Positions 50,858-60,400 of a stretch of 64,000 nucleotides of DNA are shown here, piece by piece. The position numbers and the translations under genes are program-made. Source of the DNA: Waterburya sp. (GTDB lineage: Bacteria > Cyanobacteriota > Cyanobacteriia > Cyanobacteriales > Xenococcaceae). Under the pieces are notes generated by a model. That model saw nothing but the letters and a program-made list of their open reading frames with translations, was not told where the DNA came from and did not search any database. Numbering within the stretch: the stretch's first letter is position 1; each line of letters starts with the position of its first letter. The DNA lies in the NCBI GenBank assembly GCA_965217895.1, contig CBDCJV010000002.1, positions 576,001-640,000 on the forward strand, read 5' to 3'.

Positions 50858-51067
50858 TTAAAATTTGCGCTCATAACTATTTCCCCGATAGATTAGGGTT
50901 GCAGTTGGACAATCTGTTTTATCTGATTCCCAAATCACTGGAGATGGAATATAGTCGAGTGTATTGCCTCGGTAAACGAGTTTGATCTTAGGTTGCTTCG
51001 TAGAATCATAGTCAAGCTGGATTGGGGCAGGAACTTCGTAGGAGTTCCCCCGATAGGTAAGTTTCAT
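50858..51067 (-). CDS. DUF4278-like small protein
   Basis: Three L(T/V/I)YRGN repeats; AGGAG RBS. Confidence 0.8.
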   Translation of the reverse strand: MKLTYRGNSYEVPAPIQLDYDSTKQPKIKLVYRGNTLDYIPSPVIWESDKTDCPTATLIYRGNSYERKF

Positions 51068-51151
51068 GATTAAGTCTCCTTGTGGGTTAAATCTTTTGGG
51101 TTTGGCTGCGTTTGCTTCCTTTGCATATTTGTAGATTGGCTTTTGCGATAT

Positions 51152-53053
51152 TTAGCGAGAATTTTCGGTTCGCAGCAATGCTAATAGTTTCTTGGCTTTA
51201 GGACGAAGAGAAGTAAACAGACTGCTCAATACCTGAAGATGTTCTTGTCTATTGATGTTGTATTCATTTTTTAGATTACTGATTTGTTTGGTTCTAGCTT
51301 CTACTGCTTCATGAATAGGCATCCCGCTTTCAACCAATTCTTGGAGTAATTGGGCGATCGCTTCTCGATAACTTTCAATCCGTAATCTTTCTTCTTGGGC
51401 ATATTCTGTAACTGGTTTTAGTAGATTAGGATCGCCAATACCCAACTCAGTCAACAGAGCATAATGCTCCTCTTCTGTAATTTCTAATCGCTGACGCACA
51501 GATTGCAAAGATTTAAGACTGTTGCTAGCCTCCACATTACCTGCTTGCAAAGATTCTTCGAGAACACCTCGATAGACCTGTATTTGCTCTTGTTTAGTAA
51601 CTTGAGGTACAACCTGTGCCAATATATTAAGTTCATTAGCTTTTAAATCATCCAATGAACGACCATCAAGAATCTTGGGAAAATCAAGGTTTAGTTTTTT
51701 GAGTTGGCGACGAAGTTTGTCGGCGATACTCTCTTTTTGATATTGAGCATTTGTCCGTCTCCAAGTACGATAAAGCCATAAAGTGCTAACCAAAACCACT
51801 AAAGCATTAAAGATCATCTGCACAATAAAGGGGAGACGCAAAATTTCGGGGCGACCACCATAGACAAAAAAAGTATTAAAGGCAATAAAGGTGCAAATAG
51901 AAAAGTTTCGGTGTAAAATTTGTTGACGCTCAATTCTGGGGTTGCGCCGTCTTAAATAAGAGAACAAAGTTTTTTCACTATTAGTTCCAATTAAGCAACA
52001 GATACCGACAAATACAGCAAAGGTTAGGGGAACTGCTACTAGTTTTGGAATTGCCAGAGGCTGATTAAAAAGATAAAAACCAGGCTTAAAAAGAGTTGCT
52101 AATTGATTTTCTTCATGACTCCAAGCCCCAGAAAAGTAATAATTGAAATTTCCCGCATATAGATAGTAGTAGATAAAATATCCGCTTACTAACCCTAAAT
52201 AACCATATTGAATCAATTTGCGACCAGGCTGAGTCAAGTGTTGCCAATAAGATTTCTCAGCATCAATATCCAGACAGGCAGATTTACAGTTAATACAGGT
52301 ACTTTTTTCTTGTCCTATGCTATCTACAGTTCGGCACATAGACTGAGTTATGGTTCTTGGTGGAGCTTTGTGTGCCTGGCTATCTAATAATCCTCTCGGT
52401 CCGGTAAAAACTAGCTGCACTATACTAAAAGGACATATATAATGACACCAGCTACGACCACCATACAAAAAAACTGTAGCTATAGCTGAGAAGATAGTAA
52501 AGAGTAGAAAACAACCGAAGACTATACGATCTGAGTTAATAAAGAGAATTCGCGAATTTAAGCCGATAAACAGCAGGGCAAACTGCACATATAGATGGTT
52601 GCGAACTAGCCAAAGATTTTTATGAATTCTTAGTCGTGGCTTTAGTCCCAATGCTCGCGGAATTTGCGAAAGAAAATAAAGCGGACAGATCCTGCGCCAA
52701 GTTTCATGTCCGAAAACAAAAACGATCGCGATCGCACTGGGAACTATCATACCCCAAAAAAATCTAGTCCCCATCGGATATGGTGCTTCGGCTAGACATT
52801 CTCCCTGAACCTTGACGCATTGTGTAGGTAGATCGGCAAGAGTGATAATGCGATCGCGAAACGGGCTATATGAGCTGTTTGGATCGCTTAGATGATGAGA
52901 GATAGGATCGTAAAACAAGGAGGCAATTAAGACTAGCCAACCAATTACTATCACCCATCTAATGAAGTGCATTTTTGATTCGGAAACTTGATTAATCATG
53001 GTCGATACTTCTGCAAATTTTTTGAGATAAGACTTTCGTGAAACTGAAATCAT
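51152..53053 (-). CDS. Membrane 4Fe-4S binding protein (NosR/NirI-like), possibly C-terminally truncated
   Basis: WRRICPL, SWCHYICP, CINCKSACLDID, many TM helices. Confidence 0.75.
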   Translation of the reverse strand: MISVSRKSYLKKFAEVSTMINQVSESKMHFIRWVIVIGWLVLIASLFYDPISHHLSDPNSSYSPFRDRIITLADLPTQCVKVQGECLAEAPYPMGTRFFWGMIVPSAIAIVFVFGHETWRRICPLYFLSQIPRALGLKPRLRIHKNLWLVRNHLYVQFALLFIGLNSRILFINSDRIVFGCFLLFTIFSAIATVFLYGGRSWCHYICPFSIVQLVFTGPRGLLDSQAHKAPPRTITQSMCRTVDSIGQEKSTCINCKSACLDIDAEKSYWQHLTQPGRKLIQYGYLGLVSGYFIYYYLYAGNFNYYFSGAWSHEENQLATLFKPGFYLFNQPLAIPKLVAVPLTFAVFVGICCLIGTNSEKTLFSYLRRRNPRIERQQILHRNFSICTFIAFNTFFVYGGRPEILRLPFIVQMIFNALVVLVSTLWLYRTWRRTNAQYQKESIADKLRRQLKKLNLDFPKILDGRSLDDLKANELNILAQVVPQVTKQEQIQVYRGVLEESLQAGNVEASNSLKSLQSVRQRLEITEEEHYALLTELGIGDPNLLKPVTEYAQEERLRIESYREAIAQLLQELVESGMPIHEAVEARTKQISNLKNEYNINRQEHLQVLSSLFTSLRPKAKKLLALLRTENSR

Positions 53054-53199
53054 GGAAAATACGAGGTAAATTCTAGTAACTTCATAAGGTTTAAAACTCG
53101 AACAAAATAGTTAACTAGAAAACTACAGATTTCAACAAGTGCGTGGAATAAGCTTGGGAAACACAAGCATTTCCGCACTTCAAACTAGATGCGGTTTAT

Positions 53200-53478
53200 T
53201 TACTCTTTAGCTGACTTGGTAGCACCATCTTCTAATACAACTATTTCTTTTTTACCAGGAGGTACTAAATAGGAAACAATAAACGTAAGTACAGTGGTTG
53301 CTGCTCCAGATATTTCACCAGATATTTTGTTATCTTTCTGTTTGAAAAAAGGATGGTATGTATTGAGAATCAATACCGTTAAAGTAACTAAAGCTCCTGT
53401 AAATACTCCTGCAGTAACTTTCCTAACGGGTTGATAAGTAGGTTGAGTTTCTTGGGATTGAGTTGTAGTTGAGGTCAT
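53200..53478 (-). CDS. Small two-TM membrane protein
   Basis: Two hydrophobic helices; AGGT RBS; divergent from the haloperoxidase. Confidence 0.7.
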   Translation of the reverse strand: MTSTTTQSQETQPTYQPVRKVTAGVFTGALVTLTVLILNTYHPFFKQKDNKISGEISGAATTVLTFIVSYLVPPGKKEIVVLEDGATKSAKE

Positions 53479-54091
53479 GATTAAATACCTTATTTTGTGT
53501 ATTAGCTATGTTTAATATTAGTTTTTCATGCAGCTTTTAAATCTCATAAAACTCATGGGATAACTTATAGAAAAGATATCAAAGACTGTAGGTCTATAAA
53601 CTAAAAATATTGGCAAACTATTTCGCCAAGAAAATCGATCAAACAAGAGAATAGATTTTTATTTTCCTCAAGCTTATCGATCTGCAAAATATAGTCTTGT
53701 TAGCTAATTTGAGGTATTAGAATAATCCGCAGATAAACTCAGATGATTTAACTACTTATTAGTTTTTGATGTGCATATAATCTTTTTGACCACCGTATTA
53801 TTATTCGTTACCTAATTAATCTTTAACTTTTGGTTGATAGCTAAAAATTTTATATGACTTTTTAGATGAGTTTCTCTATGAATTTTATGAGTTTGAAAGC
53901 CTCAAAGCACAACTAGGATGAAATGTAGACAACTATCGTTGCAACAGACGCATTTCTCTATTGAGAGATTGAGAGATACGAAAAAAACTTCAGTAGTTTG
54001 TCAAAAATATGTGGCAATTTATCACTGCCGCCTGAAAAAGATAGAGATTTTAATTGTTTACCCACAAATATATTCATCGAGGAGATACGTA

Positions 54092-55780
54092 ATGATTAAT
54101 TATCTACAGGATTTGCCAGAACGAGACCAAGACCTTGAAGCTCGACAACAACAAGCACGCATTACGCGCAAGCTTACCCTTGAAGATGCTTTCAAAGCTT
54201 TTATAACTTTGTCACCACTAACCAATGGAGACGAAGAAAAATATGAACAGCTAGGTTTTCCAGGGTTTGCGTCCTTCTCCAAAGCTTTAGCTCACAATAC
54301 AATCGGACTGGTCGAAAAATCATCTTTTAAATCCCTGCTTATAGCTATCCAAAAAGGCACTCAAGAAGCTTTTGAGAATGTTCAACTAGGTGGAGGGAAG
54401 CGTCTGCTGGTTAATCCTCTCAATGCTTACTCATTTCAGTTAATTGGTAACGATTCTAATGGCGCACGCATAGCACCTGCTCCTAAGTTTACTAGTCGCA
54501 ACACTGCCATCGATATGGTCGAACGCTATTGGATGGCACTGGCGCGAGACGTACGATTTGATCGATACGCTAATAGTACCTTGATCGCTAATGCTTGCAA
54601 GGACTTAAATAACCTGGGATTCGAGCAAGAATTTGGTTTTGAATGCTCGCCAGAGACAATTTTTCGAGGGCCTTATGAGGGTTGTGATGTGGGACCCCAC
54701 GTCTCTCAGTTCCTACTGCAAGATTTCCAGTTTGGCAATCAGCCAATTCGGCAGTTGCAACGCTATCCAAGAGAGGGTCTTGATTACCTAACGGATTTTG
54801 AAACCTGGAAACAAGTTAACAATGGCGATATTAATCCGAGTGGTTCAGACATTATTGACGGTACACGCTATATTACAACGCTACGGGATGCTGGTCAGTG
54901 GGTACATCTTGATTTTCCCCACCAGTCGGGTTTTTGGGCGACAATTATTCTTCTAGGTCTAAAGGTCAATCAATCAGATGCAAACCCTTATGTCAGTAAA
55001 GATATAAAGACTTCTGAAGCGTTTGGTAGTCTTGGTAGTCCAGATATCACGATTCAAAGTGGGCTAGCTGGGGTCTATGCTCTCAAGCACGCTTGGTTTC
55101 AAAAGTGGTGTGTTCATCGACGTATACGACCAGAAGCTTATGCCCAGCGTCTTGAGCTTTTTCGACGTAGGGAGTTGGGTAATTCAGTTGATAGCCTATT
55201 CGACGATGAGAAATTTAACGATCTTTTTGGCGAAGGTGCAGAGGTTTGGCGCAGAACTCAGGTACTCGATCGCATTTTTGAACACAACAAACAGCAAAAC
55301 CAAGCCCATAATCGTGGCGACCGAAATGGCACGTGGTTACTACCGATAGCGTATCCCGAAGGTTCTCCCACTCATCCCTCCTATCCTGGCGGACATTCGG
55401 CATTTATTGCTGCTGCTGCCACCATTGCCAAAGCCTTTTTTGCCGATTGTGAGTTGCCTAATCCGAAAGTGCCAGTTGATGATGGTCAGCGATTAGGAGA
55501 TTTTAAGGCTCCAACCTTGACCGTCCATGGTGAGCTTAATAAGTTGATTGCTAATATCACATTGTTCCGCGATGGGGCGGGAATGCACTGGCGTAGTGAT
55601 GGTACAGCCTCTGGTCTGAATGCTGCATTTGACCGTTCGGGTACTGGCATAGAAACAGGCGGTAATCTGCTGGGTGAAAAGATGGCAATTAGTATGTTGC
55701 GCGACATTAAACGCACCTATAGAGAGGAGGTAGGAACTTTTGAGTTTCGCAGTCTCAAAGGAGATTTAATCAAAATATAG
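54092..55780 (+). CDS. Vanadium-dependent haloperoxidase
   Basis: KWCVHRRIRPE, EGSPTHPSYPGGH, R...GMHWRSD; start placed at 54092 behind a GGAG RBS. Confidence 0.9.
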   Translation: MINYLQDLPERDQDLEARQQQARITRKLTLEDAFKAFITLSPLTNGDEEKYEQLGFPGFASFSKALAHNTIGLVEKSSFKSLLIAIQKGTQEAFENVQLGGGKRLLVNPLNAYSFQLIGNDSNGARIAPAPKFTSRNTAIDMVERYWMALARDVRFDRYANSTLIANACKDLNNLGFEQEFGFECSPETIFRGPYEGCDVGPHVSQFLLQDFQFGNQPIRQLQRYPREGLDYLTDFETWKQVNNGDINPSGSDIIDGTRYITTLRDAGQWVHLDFPHQSGFWATIILLGLKVNQSDANPYVSKDIKTSEAFGSLGSPDITIQSGLAGVYALKHAWFQKWCVHRRIRPEAYAQRLELFRRRELGNSVDSLFDDEKFNDLFGEGAEVWRRTQVLDRIFEHNKQQNQAHNRGDRNGTWLLPIAYPEGSPTHPSYPGGHSAFIAAAATIAKAFFADCELPNPKVPVDDGQRLGDFKAPTLTVHGELNKLIANITLFRDGAGMHWRSDGTASGLNAAFDRSGTGIETGGNLLGEKMAISMLRDIKRTYREEVGTFEFRSLKGDLIKI

Positions 55781-56035
55781 TGAGGAAGTAACTATTAGTT
55801 TTGTAGTCAATGATGATTGGCGGTGAGTTAGAATCTTCCGCTAATCTATCCTTCTGCCCTCTGCCTTCGTTCAAATAAAGTTACAAAATCCAGATAAAAT
55901 CGAATAAATAAAAGTAATAATTTAGAACTATATCTTAGGCAAATTATTGTATAATTCATTCAGATAAACTATTAATTTAACTATTTTATATAAAGATACA
56001 ACATCTCAAAGTGCGAACCTAAATTTTTAATCGCC

Positions 56036-57382
56036 ATGAACCTTGATCGCCTCGTAGAAATTGTTGACCGTCAGCTGATCGACAATCAACATCGTCCCCT
56101 GACCTCCATCCAAATTATGATTTTGCGGGGCATTTGGCAGTACAAAACCTACAACCAAATAGCGATGGAGGCAGATTATAGTCCTGGTTACTTTACTACT
56201 GTTGTTGCACCAGAACTATATCAGCTACTTTCTACACTTATTGGTCAGCGCGTAACTAAAAAGAACTGTCGGGTACTGCTGGAGTCTTATGTTACTACCC
56301 AAGGCGATCGACAGACAAGTCCCTCAGGACAAGATCTAATAAAGCCTGACCCTAAGGGTAATATAGATCGGCAAGATAACTTACCTTCTTATCCTAGTGG
56401 CTCAGTACCTCTAAACTCTGCTTTTTATCTAGAACGTTCATCCATTGAAGAGCAGATTAATCGAGAAATCAAAAAACCAGGGGCATTAATTAGAATTAAG
56501 GCCCCTAAAGAAATGGGGAAAACCTCTTTACTGCTGAGAATTCTAGACTATGCCAATCAGCAGGGATACCGTACCGTTAGCTTAAACTTCGAGCAAGCTG
56601 ACCAAGCGATACTCAGCGATTTAAATCAGTTTTTGCGTTGGCTGTGTGCCAACATTAGTCGTCAAATTCAGCGTAAACCGATGTTAGATGAGTATTGGGA
56701 TGAAGACATGGGTAGCAAAATTAGCTCTACCCTCTACTTACAGGACTACATCCTAGACTCGAACGATACTCCCTTTGTTTTGGCATTAGATGAAGTGAAT
56801 CAAGTTTTTGAACATCCTCAAGTAGCAAAAGATTTTTTACCCTTATTACGTTCATGGTACGAAGAAGCAAAAAGACTACCCGTCTGGCAAAAGCTGCGTT
56901 TGATTGTAATTCACTCAACAGAAATTTACGTCCCTCTTCAGCTAAATCAGTCTCCGTTCAATGTAGGCTTACCAATTCAGTTAGAAGATTTTAATTTGCA
57001 AGAGGTACAGCAGTTAGCCCAACGTTACGGACTTAACTGGAAAGATGACGTTCAAGCTAGACAGCTAATGTCTATGGTAGGGGGACATCCTGCACTGGTC
57101 AGTTTAGCTCTTTACCATCTTAGTCGGCAAGAAATAACCATGTCACAGCTATTAGAAACTGCTCCTACGGCTATGGGAATTTATGCTCATCACCTACAGC
57201 GTCACTGGGCAACATTAGAAAAACAGCCCGAACTAGAACAAGCTCTAGATCTTGTTTTTAACGTCACAGAACCTGTTTCTTTAGATCCGCTTGTCGCCTA
57301 TAAGCTAAGTAGTATGGGAGTTATTAAGCAGTTAGGAGATAAAGCGATCGCCGGTTGTGAATTATATCGACGATATTTTTGA
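56036..57382 (+). CDS. N-terminal HTH-like domain plus AAA_35 NTPase protein
   Basis: LRGIWQYKTYNQIA...LIGQRVTKKNCR; YPSGSVPLNSAFYLER, KAPKEMGKTS, LDEV, SPFNVG, GGHPAL. Confidence 0.85.
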   Translation: MNLDRLVEIVDRQLIDNQHRPLTSIQIMILRGIWQYKTYNQIAMEADYSPGYFTTVVAPELYQLLSTLIGQRVTKKNCRVLLESYVTTQGDRQTSPSGQDLIKPDPKGNIDRQDNLPSYPSGSVPLNSAFYLERSSIEEQINREIKKPGALIRIKAPKEMGKTSLLLRILDYANQQGYRTVSLNFEQADQAILSDLNQFLRWLCANISRQIQRKPMLDEYWDEDMGSKISSTLYLQDYILDSNDTPFVLALDEVNQVFEHPQVAKDFLPLLRSWYEEAKRLPVWQKLRLIVIHSTEIYVPLQLNQSPFNVGLPIQLEDFNLQEVQQLAQRYGLNWKDDVQARQLMSMVGGHPALVSLALYHLSRQEITMSQLLETAPTAMGIYAHHLQRHWATLEKQPELEQALDLVFNVTEPVSLDPLVAYKLSSMGVIKQLGDKAIAGCELYRRYF

Positions 57383-57464
57383 ATGATTGTCAAATAATAA
57401 ATTAGGTATATCAATAGGAGGAGTTGTTTTGAGAGTGAATTTTTTTGCCCTAGCTTTTTTGTTC

Positions 57465-60400
57465 TTAAACAAAAATCGATCTATAAATACGATTCTGAAC
57501 TTTCAAAGTTCCCTGTTGCTTGACTGCTAGCCCCGATAACAGCAATTCTCTTTCTTCTGCACTATCAACCGCGACTATTTCTCCCTGCTGTATGATTTGG
57601 TGATAGAGTTCTAGTAGCCTGTCGGACTGTTTGCTTTTAAAAAGGCGATCGCGAATAGTTCTTAGATGCTCAGGCTCATCCTGAGATTCCCAATTGGCAA
57701 TAATTTTGGTTCGTACTAAGTTTTCAATCCACTGAGCTTCAGCATTAGTAGGAATTGAAGATGAATCGCTGCGGATCAGTTTACACAGCTTTTGAGTGAG
57801 AAAAGGCTGACCATTTGTCCAAGCCAGGACTTCTTTTAATACTGTTTGCGGATTAGTTACTTTCTCGCTCAATCCTTGGAGTAAGGGCTGGGCCTCGTGC
57901 TTCTTGAAGCCCTCTAGTTGAATTGCCTGACCGATATTAAAGGGAGTTGTCTGGATATCGTCCATTAAATCTGAGGGAGTCGCAACGCCAAAAAAAGCAA
58001 AGGTTAAACGCTGATACTCTGGGTTGAGACTGCGCTGATTGTAGCAGGAGCGAATGAGGGCAAAAAAGTCATTTACGGGAAAGTTTAAGCCCAAAACGCT
58101 ATCAATTTCATCGATAAAGATGATAATGTTTTTAGGTGAATCATTGTTTGATGCTGATTGCAGTAAAATTTCTTCGATAAATTGACTCAACCGCTGTACG
58201 GGAGAAACGTCTGCTCGTTCTTTCCACCATGTTTTTAGATTAACTGCCCTCAGTAACCCGAAACTACGCCATAGCTCGACTGTAAAACCTTTATACCATT
58301 GTTCAGGGGTAATATTTTCGCTGCCAATGCGGGTCAGGTCGATCGCCCCGCACCTATACCCATCATGCTGGAAGTGGTTCATCATGCGTACCATCAGGCT
58401 AGACTTACCCATTTGCCGAGGATTTAGCACATAACAAAATTCTCCCCGTTTCAACGCCTTATATAAACGGCGATCGGCCGATCGCACGACATAAGTAGGC
58501 GCATCCATCGGCAAACTTCCTCCTACCTGATAGTCAAAAGTAGCATCTGGTTCGGCACTTTTAAGTAACTCGTTTTCAAACAGCAGTTGTGCTTGAGTAG
58601 CTTTGAGAATTTCTAGAGTCTGGGAGAGTTCTTGAGTTCGTTCTAAGACTTTTTGTTCTAGGGTGCGGTTGGACTCGGCTAATTTATCTTTAGCCTGTTG
58701 TAGGGCGACATTCTTGAGTTCAAGTTCATGGGTAAACTGGATTCGTTCTGCTTCTATATGTTTACGTTCGGTGATATCGGCAAAAGCAGCGATCGCATAT
58801 TTAATCTTGCCTGTTTCGTCAAAAATTGGTGTAGCAGAAACCTCCAGGGGCATAATTTTATTAGGCAGATGCAGTTCGAGGTCGTCTTTTTTAACCGTTT
58901 TACCAGCGATCGCGCGGGCAATGGGTAATTCGGCAACTGGGTATAATTGTTCTGTTCCTGCCTGATACACTCGATAAACTTCTGATAATTGCTCTGTTTT
59001 TACGTCATAAGAGGCATTGCTTTCTCGTCCCAGCTTTTTGGCTATTTGGTTGGCATAGTAGGTTTGCCCAGTTAGCTCGTGGACGGATACGCCGACGGGC
59101 ATGGCTTCTAGAAATTGCGCCAGTCGGCTTTGATTTGACTGTAGTTCGCTGTAGAGTTTGGCATTGGTAATGGCGATCGCTGCTTGACTAGATAAGACTC
59201 GCAGAATTTCTAATCTTTCTTGGGTGAATGCGCCGACGATCAGATTGTTTTCTAGATAGATAATGCCCCTAACTTTCCCCTGGTCGAGTAGTGGCGTACA
59301 CAAGAGAGATTTAGTCTGATGAGATTTCAAATAGGGATCTTGATTAAAACTGTCCTCTCTGGCAGCATTATTTTTAAGTACGGTTTGGCGGGTACGAGCA
59401 ACATAGTTAATAATTGAACTGGGAAGACAGCCATTAATAGGTATTGATTCTAAAACACTAACGTCTTCATTTATCGAACCAGAGGCTTCAATTAGGAGTT
59501 GCCCTTGGGTTTCTAAAATTAGGTAGCCAACCTGCGCCCCCGCACTCTCAATCAAAATTTTCATCAGTCTTGCCAGGAGTTTATCCAAAACTATCTCGCT
59601 GGAGATCGCTTGAGAGGCTTTGATAATTGTGGCTAAATCTAAGACTTCTCCCGAACGAGTGTTGGAAGTGGTGGTTCTTAGCTTGTCTGTCATGGAGACA
59701 GTAACGGCGGAGGTTACTAATAACTGGGGGTATTTAACCTGCAAATCTTCAACCTTTGCCGTCGCACCCCAAAGAGAATAAAGATAGTATGCTTCCTTGA
59801 GATAGACTTGGGCAATTTTAACTTTACCCCAGTCAAGATAGAATTTAGCTGCCAGTTCGTTGGCAAAAGCTTCTTCATTCAGGTATTTATTTTCATTAGC
59901 TATAGCTATAGCGCGATCGTAAAAATCCATTGCTTCGAGATAAAAGCCTTGAATGCGATATTGTTCTGCTTCAATCAAGTAATATTTATGCAAAAAATTC
60001 ATCGGCGCACGATCTGCCCACTGCTGCATCTTGGTTTTACGGGCGGCAACTCTAACCAGTATCTGCTGCTGCTGAGAAATTGCTACAGAGTGGTAAATAG
60101 CTAGGTGTGCTAAAGAATCATAAAAATGAAACAGAGGAATAAGTAAGGTTGCCGTTGCACCATCTAAGTATTGTTCTGCTTGAATTGCGTCGGCTACTCC
60201 CTGATGGTATTCGCCAAAAAGACAACAGAGATATAGTTTGTTGACGTATAAAGCGCAGAGGGCATAGCGATCGTTTGCCGACTGGTGCAGGGAAAACATG
60301 ATTGATTCATCATAAAGCTCCCCCTGCAAACGGCAGGGATTTTCTGAGGATACAATTAAATTAGAAACAGCCTGACCGTAGATTTTTAAGTAATTAAGGG

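Noticed and set aside
51068..51150. Glutamine (glnA) riboswitch upstream of the DUF4278-like gene
   Set aside because: I could not find the CGTTCA...GACGGAAGT core; only the different repeated motif is reported.
53200..53478. Phage holin or prophage
   Set aside because: Two-TM topology is compatible, but no endolysin or other phage genes are nearby.
53918..54091. 58-aa N-terminal extension of the haloperoxidase
   Set aside because: The ATG at 53918 overlaps the predicted -10 hexamer, while ATG 54092 has a good RBS.
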